A stretch of 58,672 nucleotides of DNA from Pseudomonadota bacterium (GCA_041179305.1 JBEGTQ010000042.1:1-58672), one strand, 5' to 3'; counted from the first letter of the stretch, positions 44,189 through 56,307 are shown. A program made the numbers and translations. Notes: a model not told the origin generated them from the letters alone.

Positions 44189-45667
44189 TTACCGCCCCGG
44201 CAAGGTTTTACATGCATCCCCTTCTGTCGGTGGCGCAGTAGTGGGATAGATATCTTTCGGCGAAATGTACACCGGTGTAGTGGCCACAAAACCATCGCTA
44301 AAAGTGGCTTCGATGAAAGTGGCCTGCCAGCCAGTAGCTGGAGTATTGAGTGGCACCTCAAGAGTATTGGACGGGGTTACCGCCAGAGGGAATGAGGTGT
44401 ATCGCACACCACAAGCATAACGAAAATCGCGAGCATTGGGATTAACCGCCGTCCAGAGCAGCACCTTCTCTGGCACCTCTGACAAACTTACCGTCAGTGT
44501 TTGAACTTTATCTTTACTATCAATATGGGTATTCAACTGCGGCATTGGCGTGGATTGCTGAAAGCGATTAACAAAGGTAATCAGTGCTTGTTCACTAAAT
44601 GCCTTGATACCGGAGTGGCTGCTATTGGGTGCGACGCGAAGTGCTTTACTGCCAGGTAATTTATCGTAGTAAAAATCTGTGTTATCAGGCACATAAAAAT
44701 CATCACCACTGGCGTTGATAATGTACTTCGGGATATCAAGGCGAGATTGGTACTCGGTACCAAGGTATTGCAATGGATCAGAGATTTGCATCAGTTTGGC
44801 AAACTCCGGGCTATCCAGTTTTTTATCAATCTCTTGCTGATAGTACGGGGCGAAAGCAATTGGCCAATTGCCGCCATAAGATTGATACATATGCTCCAAT
44901 GCAACACGAGTATTCAGCAGATCAATCACAAAAGGCACTACACCTTCAACGCGTGTGTCAGAAATGGCCGTAAGCCAAGTGGTCCAGCCACGCTTGGATA
45001 ATCCGGTAACAATAAAGCTGTTTAATGCTTCGTCTGGTAACGCCTGCTGCACCATCGTCATGGTTTGAGAAATGGCCGCTGCCATCGGCACATGTAGCGG
45101 CAGTGTAGAACGCGCCTCTGGGGCATCCATAAAGAGAGTCCAACTGCGAGCAACGCTATAATCCTCCTTCAATGGCGCGCCATCCGATTGATACTCAAGA
45201 TATTGATTAGGGATGGTGCTGATTGATATCACTATAGTATTGGTGGCTCGTGCAATCTCTTGTAAAACATCGGTGGAAAAATCCGTTGGTATTGAAGCCG
45301 GGATGGTTTCAGTACCGTGGTTAGTTCCATTATTAATGACCACCAGCGCCCGTTTTGATGTGCGGTTATCGGGTATAAGAACCTCAATTTCATGCTGCCA
45401 CGCCGCAGGTGATACCAGATTGCCGGGCGACCAGTTCTGTGACGTGAGTTGGTAGCGCCGCCATTCCAACCCTGGTAAATTCGCCTGACTTAGCAAATTG
45501 TAGATAAGCGGTTGTGCTGACAGGCTCTCCCTGTAACAGGAGAGAACCTGCGTAAAATCCGTGTTGCTGCATTTTGTCGATTTGGTATCCTCTTGTGCCA
45601 AACAACTGGCCATAAAAGGCAATGGCAACCCAAGCATCAAAATCAAAGCAGTTAAATAGCGAGGCAT
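44189..45667 (-). CDS. PqaA-family (PhoPQ-activated pathogenicity-related) exported alpha/beta hydrolase
   Basis: 492 aa from ATG 45667; signal-like N-terminus, LTSQNWSP, WQH, PNQYL, GLSKRGWTTW nucleophile elbow, ASGDDFYVPD, PNSSH, RDFRYACG. Confidence 0.85.
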   Translation of the reverse strand: MPRYLTALILMLGLPLPFMASCLAQEDTKSTKCSNTDFTQVLSCYRESLSAQPLIYNLLSQANLPGLEWRRYQLTSQNWSPGNLVSPAAWQHEIEVLIPDNRTSKRALVVINNGTNHGTETIPASIPTDFSTDVLQEIARATNTIVISISTIPNQYLEYQSDGAPLKEDYSVARSWTLFMDAPEARSTLPLHVPMAAAISQTMTMVQQALPDEALNSFIVTGLSKRGWTTWLTAISDTRVEGVVPFVIDLLNTRVALEHMYQSYGGNWPIAFAPYYQQEIDKKLDSPEFAKLMQISDPLQYLGTEYQSRLDIPKYIINASGDDFYVPDNTDFYYDKLPGSKALRVAPNSSHSGIKAFSEQALITFVNRFQQSTPMPQLNTHIDSKDKVQTLTVSLSEVPEKVLLWTAVNPNARDFRYACGVRYTSFPLAVTPSNTLEVPLNTPATGWQATFIEATFSDGFVATTPVYISPKDIYPTTAPPTEGDACKTLPGR

Positions 45668-45960
45668 AATCCCTATCCTTTTTGTCTTATGTGTTTCGGC
45701 CAAAATACGCTCAAGAGGATTAGATAACAGTTTCACGTTTCAAAAAATACGAATTCCACCTGTGTGCCACTTTTTATTTTGGTCCGCAAACCAGAATAGA
45801 CTCCGGCATCCCCCACTCTTAACACTACCTAAATATCATCGCGCCGCGCCAGCATCGGTATGCTATCTACCGACGTTGACGGTTACAACGGTATCAGGCT
45901 TCCTGACTCACAACAATTCTATAATTGAGATCCCAACGACAAAATTTTCTATGGCATAAC

Positions 45961-46017
45961 TGTACCCAACAGAGTTGAACGCTGCTTGCAGTGGCCGGAT
46001 TAAAGATTAAGGGTAAA
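45961..46017 (+). repeat. Short degenerate ERIC abutting the yjcE stop
   Basis: TGTACCCAACAGAGTTGAACGCTGC...AAAGATTAAGGGTAAA termini. Confidence 0.5.
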
Positions 46018-47667
46018 TTACCCTTCCTTCTCGATCAGTAATGCTTCCAGCAGATCCAAATCGTGCAGCAATCTTTGCAGGGTTTCATTACTGATTTTCT
46101 GTGTCGCGCGTAGATGATACAACTCCCCACGCTCAGCCCGCAGTGCAGTTAAACGAAAACGCCGCTCCAGATTTTCAATCAGCAGGGTATTTTCAATTTC
46201 ATCCTTACTGCCAGTACGCCGCCGCAGAATTCCAATAACTCGCGAACTGACCTCTTTCAGTAACTCTGGGTCAATATTCTCCTCACTATTGACAGCCAAC
46301 CGCTCTTCCATCTTATTTAAGCTAACAATCGCCACTTCTGCCGCCGCAGCCCGCGCGAAACGCACTTCTTCACGACTGGCATTCTTATCTGCAACTATCA
46401 CACCACGCAATAACAGTGGCAAAACAATCACTCCAACAATAACCGATAACAGAATCACGCCGGTGGCGATAAATACTAACTGGTAACGGGACGGGAAGGC
46501 GGAACCATCGCTAAGAAATAATGGGATCGACAGTACACCGGCAAGCGTAATCGCACCGCGGACACCGGCGAACGAAGCAACCCACAGTTCACGAGGGGTA
46601 TAATTGCTAAATTCCAGCGGCCGTTTGGTCAATACTCGCTTGCTGATTTTCTTCATCGCCCACAACCAGCTAAAACGCAGTACCAGTAACGCGCCATAAA
46701 TGATGGCAACATCCGCAAATAGGTTCCAGGTTTCAATGGTCGGGTCCAGCTCGGCCTGCACAATGGACGTTTCCAGAATCCCCGGCAATTGCAGGCCAAG
46801 CAGGATAAACACCATGCCGTTAAACACGAACTCCAACATTGACCACACGCTATCGGCACGTAACCGCATCGCCAACGGCGCATTGCGAATAACACCTGAC
46901 TGGCTGATGGTCATCCCCGCCGCCACTGCTGCCAGAATACCGGAGACACCAATATGCTCTGCAATCATATAAGAGGCGAATGGCAACAGCAGTAGCAAGA
47001 CGATTTGTGTTGCCGGATCATCGCCACTCCAACGGCTCATCAGGCGCAGCGATTTACTGTATAACCACGTTACTGCCACCCCGGCCAATAGCCCGCCGAT
47101 CGCCACTTTAAGAAACTCCAGCGTGGCACCGGAAACCGTGAAGACCATCGTCCCCATCGCCACAGCAATGGCGAATTTCAGCGCTACCAGACCTGAGGCA
47201 TCGTTCATCAACGCCTCGCCTTCCAGTACGCCCATAATCGATTTAGGTATTCGCCCTTTCCCCACGATACCGGATAATGCTACAGCATCGGTTGGCGACA
47301 ATACCGCCGCCAGTGCAAAGGCGGCCACCAACGGAATACCCGGTACCATCCAGTAAATCAGATAGCCGATACCCACAACCGTTACCAGTACCAATGCCAG
47401 TGCCAGGCCAAAGATTTCTCGCCCGTGGTAAATAAATTCCCGCGTCGGCGTCTTCCAACCATCAGCAAATAGTAATGGCGGAATAAACAGTACCAGGAAT
47501 AGTTCCGGATCAAAATTGACATGCAACCCAAAGTGGGGAAAGGCCAATAAGGCACCACAGACAATCTGCATCAGAGGGAGAGGGATTTGAAACGGCAACA
47601 TCCGGGTGACAACGCCAGAAAGCGATACCACTAAAATCAAGATGAGGATTGTGAAAAAAATTTCCAT
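46018..47667 (-). CDS. yjcE: CPA1-family Na+/H+ antiporter
   Basis: MEIFFTILIL, LSPTDAVA, EGEALMNDASG, GVRGAITLA. Confidence 0.93.
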   Translation of the reverse strand: MEIFFTILILILVVSLSGVVTRMLPFQIPLPLMQIVCGALLAFPHFGLHVNFDPELFLVLFIPPLLFADGWKTPTREFIYHGREIFGLALALVLVTVVGIGYLIYWMVPGIPLVAAFALAAVLSPTDAVALSGIVGKGRIPKSIMGVLEGEALMNDASGLVALKFAIAVAMGTMVFTVSGATLEFLKVAIGGLLAGVAVTWLYSKSLRLMSRWSGDDPATQIVLLLLLPFASYMIAEHIGVSGILAAVAAGMTISQSGVIRNAPLAMRLRADSVWSMLEFVFNGMVFILLGLQLPGILETSIVQAELDPTIETWNLFADVAIIYGALLVLRFSWLWAMKKISKRVLTKRPLEFSNYTPRELWVASFAGVRGAITLAGVLSIPLFLSDGSAFPSRYQLVFIATGVILLSVIVGVIVLPLLLRGVIVADKNASREEVRFARAAAAEVAIVSLNKMEERLAVNSEENIDPELLKEVSSRVIGILRRRTGSKDEIENTLLIENLERRFRLTALRAERGELYHLRATQKISNETLQRLLHDLDLLEALLIEKEG

Positions 47668-47886
47668 GCTTTCCTTAGACTCAACACGACATTAATTCTG
47701 ATCGCACCCACCCGTAATCAGGATTGAAGTATAGCTTTTGATAGTAGATCACTTTTTCGTAAAACAGGGGAAAAAAGCTGTTACAAACAGTAGGAAAAGC
47801 AAAGGCAGTAAGATTATTAAGATATAGTACTGGCATCAGGCGTAAATATACTTCTGATGCCAGCATGAATCCGCAATAGCGTGAGC

Positions 47887-49254
47887 TTAAATCACCCAGC
47901 CACCGGCGTAAAATGCTACCAGTGCTACTGCAATAATCACGGTACCGAGGTTCAATTTACGCCATTCACCAGAACAGATGCGACCAATCACCAGAGAGCT
48001 GAAACCCAACATGATACCGGTAACGATATTACAGGTTAAAACGATAAACACGGCGCACAGTAAGCCGGACATGGCATCGACAAAATCTTCAAAATCCAGT
48101 TTAGAGACGTTGCTCAGCATCAGCAAGCCCACATACATCAGAGCCGGTGCAGTAGCATAAACCGGTACTAAATAGGAGAGCGGCGAGAGGAATAGAATCA
48201 ATAGAAACAAGATACCAACCACGGTGGCGGTCAAGCCGGTTTTACCACCCGCAGCCGTGCCGGCGGCAGATTCGATGTAAACCGCAGCAGGTGCCGCACC
48301 CACCAAACCAGCAAAGATGCTACTCACTGAGTCAGAGGTCAGAGCCCTACCCCCGCTGATGATCTGGCCATTTTTATCCAGCAAATTAGCCTGGCCGGCT
48401 ACCGCTCGGATAGTTCCGGTAGCATCAAATACTGCCGTCATTACCAATGCCAACACACTTGGTAATACCACAGGTTTCAACGCGCCCATAATATCAAGAC
48501 TGAAAATCAACGAGTTACCATTGACATCCACCAGACTTGGCATCGCAAACAATCCCTGATAGGTCACGCTCGGATCAAAAATCAGGCCAATAACCGAAAT
48601 GGCGATAATGACCAGCAGAATGCCACCCGGCACCCGCAGTTTCTCCAAACCGAAAATGACTGCCAACCCCAGCAACGTCATAATGACTGGGAAAGAGGTA
48701 AATGCACCCAACGCGACAGGTAAACCTTCAATCGGGTTTTTGATAACCAGACCGACACCATTTGCAGCAATCAGCAGCAGGAACAAGCCGATACCAATAC
48801 CGGTACCGTGCGCTACGCCCATCGGCAGGTTACGTAATATCCACGAACGAATACCGGTGACGGATATAATGGTAAACAGCACACCCATCAAAAATACGGC
48901 ACCCAATGCCACAGGAATGCTGATGTGTTGGCCCAATACCAAGCTGAACGCAGTAAACGCAGTCAGTGAAATAGCACAACCAATCGCCATTGGCAGATTC
49001 GCCCACAAGCCCATCAACAACGAGCCAAGGCCTGCCACCAAACAAGTTGCAACAAATACGGCTGTGGGTGGAAAACCCGCTTTACCTAACATACTCGGCA
49101 CAACAATTACCGAGTAGACCATCGCCAGAAAAGTCGTCAGACCGGCCAGCACTTCCTGGCGTACATTACTGCCACGTTCACTCAGCTTGAAAAATGTATC
49201 AAGCGTACCTTTCGGCTGTTTAGCCTGATTCGCTTGAGGGTTGGTGCTAGACAT
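47887..49254 (-). CDS. ghxP: Guanine/hypoxanthine NCS2 permease
   Basis: [33 protein letters not shown]; next to yjcE. Confidence 0.88.
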   Translation of the reverse strand: MSSTNPQANQAKQPKGTLDTFFKLSERGSNVRQEVLAGLTTFLAMVYSVIVVPSMLGKAGFPPTAVFVATCLVAGLGSLLMGLWANLPMAIGCAISLTAFTAFSLVLGQHISIPVALGAVFLMGVLFTIISVTGIRSWILRNLPMGVAHGTGIGIGLFLLLIAANGVGLVIKNPIEGLPVALGAFTSFPVIMTLLGLAVIFGLEKLRVPGGILLVIIAISVIGLIFDPSVTYQGLFAMPSLVDVNGNSLIFSLDIMGALKPVVLPSVLALVMTAVFDATGTIRAVAGQANLLDKNGQIISGGRALTSDSVSSIFAGLVGAAPAAVYIESAAGTAAGGKTGLTATVVGILFLLILFLSPLSYLVPVYATAPALMYVGLLMLSNVSKLDFEDFVDAMSGLLCAVFIVLTCNIVTGIMLGFSSLVIGRICSGEWRKLNLGTVIIAVALVAFYAGGWVI

Positions 49255-49312
49255 GGTGATATTCCCTGTGTGTCATTTTTAAAATAATCAGCAAATCACA
49301 CGCCTTTTCCAT

Positions 49313-49328
49313 ACGTAATCGTTTCCGT
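49313..49328. promoter_or_regulatory. PurR box upstream of ghxP (second weaker box at 49443-49458)
   Basis: ACGTAATCGTTTCCGT and AGGCAAACGATTATCC resemble the PurR consensus ACGCAAACGTTTTCGT; downstream gene is a purine permease. Confidence 0.7.
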
Positions 49329-49580
49329 TCCTGCCAATTAACTCACCAACGCCTCTATCACGCATAGGGTGAAAAAAATAATAAACGATTAGCTGACAGC
49401 ACGCATGACTGAAAAATCGAAGTTTAGGGCAGGTATTATTTAAGGCAAACGATTATCCAGCTATTTGTAGCGACTAATCAACACCAGATAGCAACATTCA
49501 CTGCATTTTTTATATTAACTTGTTGGGGATCATGAGGTTGATTAAAAACGAAAGTGTGAGCGGCCTTGCATTCTTTGACG

Positions 49581-49799
49581 TTACGTGCTGATGATATCAA
49601 ACCGCCGGCTATCAGCTTTCCAGTTTGTGGGCATCTTCCTCTCAATCGACTGTTGCCAGGCAGGACGCTGATGAATACAAACTAAGAAATCTTGCAGTTT
49701 CGGGAATCTCTCAAGCCCATCACGCGTGTTTATTACCTCAATAGCTAAACTCATCGGAATAGCTGCCGTACTAAAGCAACCACCAGTAACAAATTGATT
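49581..49799 (-). pseudogene. Decayed C-terminal fragment of a glutathione S-transferase
   Basis: NQFVTGGCFSTAAIPMSLAIEVINTRDGLERFPKLQDFLVCIHQRPAWQQSIER resembles the GST C-terminus (WFVGxxFSAADIQMSFPxE...GL...YPKL..FL.RIHxRPAW..A.E); no N-terminal domain. Confidence 0.72.
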
Positions 49800-49847
49800 T
49801 TTAGTAAAAAATTTTAGAAAAAATCACGGCACTGGCGACCAATTCAA

Positions 49848-49907
49848 TATAATCCCCCCCTTCAAAATGCAGGGGTGCTAGCTGCATCTTGAAGAAACTT
49901 GGGTATA
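49848..49907 (-). repeat. Short internally deleted ERIC
   Basis: TATAATCCCC...TTCAAAATGCAG...CTGCATCTTGAAGAAACTTGGGTATA. Confidence 0.6.
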
Positions 49908-50106
49908 TACGACTTATAAACTGTTTTATGTTAATAAAATCAATATGCTGCATTAATGAATTACAACTTATAGGGTGTATTTTATAATTACGTCCTATAA
50001 GTTGTACTGTGCTTTTAAGCACTGCTCTCATACCGAGATCCTGAGTGACACCATCGGCAGGGGCTTTTTACTTAACGTAGCTTCTATACTTGGCAAGCAA
50101 CACACA

Positions 50107-50652
50107 TCAGAACGGAATATCGTCGTCGAAATCGATTGATGGTTCGTTGCTACCTTGTGGTTTCGCTGCTGGTGCAGACTGAGCCGGACGTGAAGCCTGA
50201 TCGCCGCTGAACTGGCTACCAGCTTGTGGCTGCTGAGGTTGGCCCCAACCGCCCTGCGCGCCACCGTCTTGTGGTACGCTACCTGCCGGAGCACCACCAC
50301 TCTGACGGCCACCCAGCATTTGCATGGTGCCACCAACGTTAACCACGACTTCAGTGGTGTAACGTTCCTGACCGCTTTGATCCTGCCATTTACGGGTTTG
50401 CAGTGCGCCTTCAATATAAACTTGGGAGCCTTTACGCAAATATTCACCAGCAACTTCAGCCAGTTTGCCGAACAACACCACACGGTGCCATTCAGTTTTT
50501 TCTTTCTGCTCGCCGGTGGCTTTATCACGCCAATTTTCGGAGGTAGCCAGGGTGATATTGGCAACAGCGCCGCCATTCGACATGTAGCGGACTTCCGGGT
50601 CTTGGCCCAAATGCCCGACCAAAATCACTTTATTTACGCCTCTGCTGGCCAT
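50107..50652 (-). CDS. ssb: Single-stranded DNA-binding protein
   Basis: [20 protein letters not shown]-terminal DFDDDIPF. Confidence 0.98.
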   Translation of the reverse strand: MASRGVNKVILVGHLGQDPEVRYMSNGGAVANITLATSENWRDKATGEQKEKTEWHRVVLFGKLAEVAGEYLRKGSQVYIEGALQTRKWQDQSGQERYTTEVVVNVGGTMQMLGGRQSGGAPAGSVPQDGGAQGGWGQPQQPQAGSQFSGDQASRPAQSAPAAKPQGSNEPSIDFDDDIPF

Positions 50653-50792
50653 GAAAACTCTCCTAATGAAGTAAATTTTATACAGTATAACCGCGTAAGT
50701 TTAACACGCTAACGACTAAACGACACAGTAGATCATTACTGCAAAATATGTTGCAGTTTTATCATGGCATCGGCCTTAATTGCACTCAGCCA

Positions 50793-50808
50793 CTGGATAT
50801 CCATTCAG
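50793..50808. promoter_or_regulatory. LexA (SOS) box shared by ssb and uvrA
   Basis: CTGGATATCCATTCAG = CTG-N10-CAG in the divergent ssb-uvrA spacer. Confidence 0.8.
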
Positions 50809-50963
50809 TTTTTTTTGTGCCATAATTATTCGTTTCGTACTGGCTGTGTCTTTTTTGGGTGTTGCAAAGTGCACCTGTTTATTGCTTTTTACCTTCATTT
50901 TTTAAGGTAAAAAAACAAGAAGGATACGCTGAGAGGCTCAGTTTACATCCGGGAAGTGTTTGA

Positions 50964-53804
50964 ATGGATAATATCGAAGTTCGGGGCGCTCGCACCCATA
51001 ATCTCAAGAATATCAACCTGATTATCCCGCGTGACAAACTGATTGTTGTCACCGGCTTATCCGGTTCTGGCAAGTCGTCGCTGGCCTTTGATACCTTGTA
51101 TGCCGAGGGGCAACGCCGCTATGTTGAGTCTCTTTCCGCCTATGCGCGCCAATTCCTATCATTGATGGAAAAACCGGATGTTGACCATATTGAAGGTCTC
51201 TCTCCGGCTATTTCTATTGAGCAAAAATCGACTTCACACAACCCGCGTTCCACTGTCGGTACCATTACTGAAATCCATGACTATCTGCGTTTACTGTTTG
51301 CCCGTGTCGGTGAACCGCGTTGCCCGGAACATGACGTTCCATTAGCTGCCCAAACAGTCAGTCAAATGGTGGATAACGTCATCAGCCAACCGGAAAACCG
51401 CCGTCTGATGCTATTGGCTCCCGTCGTAAAAGATCGCAAAGGAGAACATACCAAGACGTTGGAAGGCCTGGCTATGCAGGGCTACATCCGGGCACGGATT
51501 GATGGCGAAGTCTGTGATCTATCTGACCCACCAAAATTAGAGCTGCAAAAGAAACATACTATTGAAGTGGTAGTTGATCGCTTCAAAGTGCGTGAAGATC
51601 TGGCTCAGCGGCTGGCAGAGTCATTCGAAACCGCCCTGGCGTTATCCGGCGGCACCGCCGTAGTTGCCGATATCGACGATCCACACGCTGAAGAGTTGCT
51701 ATTCTCAGCCAACTTTGCCTGCCCAATTTGCGGCTACAGCATGAGTGAGCTGGAACCTCGCTTGTTCTCCTTTAACAATCCGGCGGGTGCCTGCCCGACT
51801 TGTGACGGATTAGGCGTGCAGCAATTCTTTGATCCCGACCGTGTATTACAAAATCCAGAGCTGTCGCTGGCAGGAGGGGCCATCCGTGGTTGGGATCGCC
51901 GCAACTTCTATTACTTCCAAATGCTGCGCTCACTGGCAGAACATTATCAATTTGATATCGAAGCCCCTTTTAACTCGTTGGATACTGCAACACAGAAAGC
52001 GGTGCTGTATGGTTCTGGCAAAGATCCCATTGAATTTAAATACATAAATGACCGGGGCGACACCACTGTTCGTCGTCACCCATTCGAAGGTGTGCTGCAC
52101 AATATGGAGCGCCGTTATAAAGAAACGGAATCCAGTGCAGTGCGTGAAGAATTGGCCAAATTTATCAGTAATCGCTCTTGTGCTGCGTGCCACGGTACCC
52201 GCTTGCGCCGGGAAGCGCGTTATGTGTTTGTGGAAAACACCACTCTGCCAGAGATTTCAGAACTGAGCATTGGCCATGCATTGAGCTTCTTCCATAACAT
52301 GAAACTGAATGGTCAACGAGCACAAATCGCAGAGAAAGTGTTGAAAGAAATTGGCGACCGGCTGAAGTTCCTGGTTAACGTCGGGCTGAATTATCTTTCA
52401 CTGTCCCGTTCTGCCGAAACCCTGTCCGGTGGCGAAGCACAGCGAATCCGCCTTGCCAGCCAGATTGGTGCTGGTTTGGTGGGCGTAATGTATGTACTGG
52501 ATGAACCCTCCATCGGATTACATCAACGCGATAACGAACGCCTGCTGGAAACACTGATTCACCTGCGTAATCTGGGTAATACTGTTATTGTGGTGGAACA
52601 CGATGAAGACGCTATCCGTGCCGCTGACCATGTGATTGACATCGGCCCCGGTGCCGGTGTGCATGGGGGTGAAGTGGTTGCCGCAGGGACTGTCGATGAC
52701 ATCATGGCGGAACCGAAGTCATTGACCGGCCAATTCCTCAGCGGCAAACGTGAAATTGCAATTCCGGCACAACGTGTCGCCGGTGACCCAACCAAAGTAT
52801 TGAAACTGATTGGTGCCAGCGGTAATAACCTGAAAGATATCACCCTGACGCTGCCTGTTGGGCTGTTCAGTTGCGTCACTGGCGTGTCTGGTTCAGGTAA
52901 GTCAACATTGATCAACGACACATTATACTGTATAGCGCAGCGCCAGTTAAACGGCGCGACCAGTAATGAACCCGCGCCATATCGTGAGATTCAAGGGCTG
53001 GAGCATTGCGATAAAGTCATTGATATCGACCAAAGCCCGATTGGCCGTACCCCGCGCTCTAACCCTGCGACCTATACCGGTATCTTTACGCCAATCCGCG
53101 AGTTATTTGCAGGTGTACCCGAGTCTCGTACCCGTGGCTATACGCCGGGACGCTTCAGCTTTAACGTCAAAGGTGGGCGGTGTGAAGCTTGTCAGGGTGA
53201 CGGCGTCATTAAAGTTGAAATGCACTTCCTGCCCGATATTTATGTGCGATGCGACCAGTGTAAAGGCAAGCGCTATAACCGCGAAACGCTGGAAGTGAAA
53301 TACAAAGGTAAGAGTATTCACGAAGTGTTAGCGATGACTATCGAAGAAGCTCGCGAGTTCTTTGATGCGGTTCCGGCACTGGCACGCAAGTTACAAACGT
53401 TAATGGATGTGGGTCTGTCATATATCTGTCTGGGTCAATCCGCGACGACGCTATCCGGTGGAGAAGCGCAGCGAGTGAAACTGTCGCGTGAACTCTCAAA
53501 ACGTGGTACCGGCCAGACGCTCTATATTTTGGACGAGCCCACTACCGGCCTGCATTTTGCTGATATCCAGCAATTGCTGGCGGTGTTGCACCAGTTGCGC
53601 GATCAGGGCAATACCATTGTGGTGATTGAGCATAATTTGGACGTGATTAAGACGGCGGACTGGGTTGTCGATCTGGGGCCAGAAGGCGGCAGCGGCGGCG
53701 GCGAGATTTTAGTTTCCGGCACGCCGGAGACGGTCGCAGAATGTGCCGCGTCACATACCGCTCGCTTTCTCAAACCCATGCTGCAAGGTAAGTCGAGGAT
53801 CTAA
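50964..53804 (+). CDS. uvrA: Excinuclease ABC subunit A
   Basis: Two ABC domains ([21 protein letters not shown] twice) and Zn fingers. Confidence 0.98.
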   Translation: MDNIEVRGARTHNLKNINLIIPRDKLIVVTGLSGSGKSSLAFDTLYAEGQRRYVESLSAYARQFLSLMEKPDVDHIEGLSPAISIEQKSTSHNPRSTVGTITEIHDYLRLLFARVGEPRCPEHDVPLAAQTVSQMVDNVISQPENRRLMLLAPVVKDRKGEHTKTLEGLAMQGYIRARIDGEVCDLSDPPKLELQKKHTIEVVVDRFKVREDLAQRLAESFETALALSGGTAVVADIDDPHAEELLFSANFACPICGYSMSELEPRLFSFNNPAGACPTCDGLGVQQFFDPDRVLQNPELSLAGGAIRGWDRRNFYYFQMLRSLAEHYQFDIEAPFNSLDTATQKAVLYGSGKDPIEFKYINDRGDTTVRRHPFEGVLHNMERRYKETESSAVREELAKFISNRSCAACHGTRLRREARYVFVENTTLPEISELSIGHALSFFHNMKLNGQRAQIAEKVLKEIGDRLKFLVNVGLNYLSLSRSAETLSGGEAQRIRLASQIGAGLVGVMYVLDEPSIGLHQRDNERLLETLIHLRNLGNTVIVVEHDEDAIRAADHVIDIGPGAGVHGGEVVAAGTVDDIMAEPKSLTGQFLSGKREIAIPAQRVAGDPTKVLKLIGASGNNLKDITLTLPVGLFSCVTGVSGSGKSTLINDTLYCIAQRQLNGATSNEPAPYREIQGLEHCDKVIDIDQSPIGRTPRSNPATYTGIFTPIRELFAGVPESRTRGYTPGRFSFNVKGGRCEACQGDGVIKVEMHFLPDIYVRCDQCKGKRYNRETLEVKYKGKSIHEVLAMTIEEAREFFDAVPALARKLQTLMDVGLSYICLGQSATTLSGGEAQRVKLSRELSKRGTGQTLYILDEPTTGLHFADIQQLLAVLHQLRDQGNTIVVIEHNLDVIKTADWVVDLGPEGGSGGGEILVSGTPETVAECAASHTARFLKPMLQGKSRI

Positions 53805-53829
53805 CAATCTATCTATACCCAGTGTCGCA

Positions 53830-55023
53830 TTACTGCACAGCAGCAAATGCCTCAGCAACTTGTTGGACATTGCTGTGATTGACGCCAGCCATGCACATTC
53901 TACCGCTGGCGATCAGGTAGACGCCAAACTCTTCACGCAAGCGATCCACCTGTGCAGCGCTGAAACCGGTATAACTAAACATGCCACGTTGTTGTAGCAG
54001 GTAGTCAAAATGACAATTTGGCCGAGAGCCTTTTAAGGCGTTAACCAATGCGCTGCGCATGTCGATAATGCGCAGACGCATCTGTTCCACTTCCGCCTGC
54101 CACTGGGCGCGCAATACGTTGTCATGCAATACTTTCGCAACGACCTGCGCCCCAAAATTTGGCGGGCTGGAATAGTTACGGCGCACTGTCGCTTTTAATT
54201 GACCCAATACCCGCCCTGCGGCTTCTTCACTTTCGCATACCACTGACAGGCCACCGACCCGCTCGTTATACAGAGAGAAGATTTTGGAGAAGGAGTTACT
54301 GACCAGACAAGGCAGTTCAGCCGCCGCCATAGCACGAATCACATAAGCATCTTCGTTCAGCCCGGCACCAAAACCCTGATAAGCAATATCCAGGAACGGG
54401 ATCAGATCCCGCTGGTTAAGCACCTTGATGACCTGATCCCATTGCGTATTCGTAAGATCAGAACCGGTCGGATTGTGGCAGCAAGGATGCAATAAAACGA
54501 TACTTCTGGCAGGCAATTGCTGCAATGTAGCCAGCATTTGCTCGAACTTCACACCCAACTTTTCGTTATCGAAATAGGGATAGGTATTCACCTTAAACCC
54601 TGCGCCACTAAAGATAGCAACGTGATTTTCCCAGGTAGGGTCACTGACCCAGACCGATGAGTCAGGGAAATAGTGATACAGGAAATCAGCACCTACTTTC
54701 AATGCGCCCGACCCACCCACAGTTTGGATAGTCGCCACCCGTTGCTGAACCAGCATCGAATGCTCGGCGCCAAATAATAACTGCTGGATAGCAGTACGAT
54801 AGGAGTGCAAGCCTTCCATCGGCAAGTAAACCGGAGTCTCATGTGGTTGAGCATGCAATTGTGCTTCAGCAGCTTTAACCGCTTGCATCAACGGGATCTT
54901 ACCCTGTTCATTGTAATAAAGCCCAATGCTCAGATTTACTTTATGTGCACGGCTATCCGCTTTAAAACTTTCCATCAGTGACAGGATCGGGTCACCTGCG
55001 TAGGCGTCAACATTCTGGAACAC
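53830..55023 (-). CDS. tyrB: Aromatic amino acid aminotransferase
   Basis: GTG start, [33 protein letters not shown]. Confidence 0.95.
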   Translation of the reverse strand: MFQNVDAYAGDPILSLMESFKADSRAHKVNLSIGLYYNEQGKIPLMQAVKAAEAQLHAQPHETPVYLPMEGLHSYRTAIQQLLFGAEHSMLVQQRVATIQTVGGSGALKVGADFLYHYFPDSSVWVSDPTWENHVAIFSGAGFKVNTYPYFDNEKLGVKFEQMLATLQQLPARSIVLLHPCCHNPTGSDLTNTQWDQVIKVLNQRDLIPFLDIAYQGFGAGLNEDAYVIRAMAAAELPCLVSNSFSKIFSLYNERVGGLSVVCESEEAAGRVLGQLKATVRRNYSSPPNFGAQVVAKVLHDNVLRAQWQAEVEQMRLRIIDMRSALVNALKGSRPNCHFDYLLQQRGMFSYTGFSAAQVDRLREEFGVYLIASGRMCMAGVNHSNVQQVAEAFAAVQ

Positions 55024-55079
55024 AGGGCTGCTCTCCTTTATCGATAGTCATTATCTATGCCTTTATTAGGCAGCTTACT

Positions 55080-56159
55080 TTATTCTCCCAGATATTCCAT
55101 CGCTACACGGGAGGTCAGCTTAGTGATCAGCTCGTAGGCGCTGATACCGGTATAAGCAGCTATCTTTTCAACCGGCAATTCAGCCCCCCACAGCAGCACT
55201 TCATCACCAACGCTGTCGCAGGCATCCAACCCGAGATCAACCGAAATCATATCCATGGATACCCGCCCCACAATACCCACTTCGCGACCATTAATTCGCA
55301 CGGGTGTACCTGATGGTGCGCTGCGCGGATAACCATCACCATAGCCAATCGCCACCACCCCCAGACGCGTATCGCGATCGCTGACCCACGTACCACCATA
55401 ACCTACGGGTTCGCCGGCTTTATGTTCACGCACAGCAATCAGGCTGGATCTCAATGCCATTGCGGGTAATAAATCAAAATGGCTGGCATAGGGTTCACAC
55501 ATCGGCGAAACACCGTACAGAATGATGCCCGGTCGAATCCAGTCACGATGAGATTCCGGCCACAATAGAATACCGCCAGACGCCGCAATAGACTGTTTGC
55601 CCATTTTACCGGCTGCAAAGGCATCAAAACAGCTTAGTTGCTGACGCGTAGTTTCCACTTCTGGCTCATCAGCGCGGCTAAAGTGACTCATGATATTGAC
55701 GGGCTGAATAACATTGCGGCAGGCACTCAGGCGCTGGTAGAAAGCCTCCGCCTGTTCAGGGCGAACCCCCAAACGATGCATACCAGTATCAAGTTTCATC
55801 CAGACATTAATGGGATCAGACAGTTCCGCAGCTTCCAGAGCCTCTAATTGCTCAATGCTGTGTACTGCGGTTTCAATGCGGTTAGCCACCAAAATCGGCA
55901 AATCTTCTGCGGCAAAGAAGCCTTCCAGCAGCAGAATAGGTTTTACAATCCCACCAGATCGTAACACCAGCGCTTCGCCAATACGCGCGACGCCATAGCA
56001 ATCTGCATCCTGTAAGGTATGCGCTATTTCTAATAACCCGTGGCCATAAGCGTTTGCTTTCACAACGGCAATCAAGCAACTTTGGGGTGCCATGCGCCGT
56101 ACTTGTTGCAAGTTATGACGCAGAGCACGGCGATCGATAACTGCTGTTGCCGCTTTCAT
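55080..56159 (-). CDS. alr: Biosynthetic alanine racemase
   Basis: [29 protein letters not shown]; downstream of dnaB. Confidence 0.96.
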   Translation of the reverse strand: MKAATAVIDRRALRHNLQQVRRMAPQSCLIAVVKANAYGHGLLEIAHTLQDADCYGVARIGEALVLRSGGIVKPILLLEGFFAAEDLPILVANRIETAVHSIEQLEALEAAELSDPINVWMKLDTGMHRLGVRPEQAEAFYQRLSACRNVIQPVNIMSHFSRADEPEVETTRQQLSCFDAFAAGKMGKQSIAASGGILLWPESHRDWIRPGIILYGVSPMCEPYASHFDLLPAMALRSSLIAVREHKAGEPVGYGGTWVSDRDTRLGVVAIGYGDGYPRSAPSGTPVRINGREVGIVGRVSMDMISVDLGLDACDSVGDEVLLWGAELPVEKIAAYTGISAYELITKLTSRVAMEYLGE

Positions 56160-56179
56160 TTTTTATCCTTAATAGATGT

Positions 56180-56307
56180 TATACTCAAAGTCATTGGCGT
56201 TTCAGCTAGGTAGCAGGCGAGGAGCGGCCTCGCAGAGATGAGAAACAGCGATGGGCCGGGTAATGAACAGAGCTAACAACCCTGCGGCTTCAAGTACGAA
56301 GGCGGGA
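56180..56307 (+). repeat. Degenerate ERIC between dnaB and alr
   Basis: TATACTCAAAGTCATTGGCGTTTCAGCTAGGTAGC...AGAGCTAACAACCCTGCGGCTTCAAGTACGAAGG. Confidence 0.7.

Noticed and set aside
49474-49495. ATCAACACCA resembling the 5' end of the SraL/RyjA sRNA near ghxP
   Set aside because: Only ~10 nt match; no recognisable body or terminator of that sRNA.
50028-50576. 182-aa ORF on the same strand as ssb
   Set aside because: Alternative frame of ssb, kept open by its GC-rich low-complexity tail.
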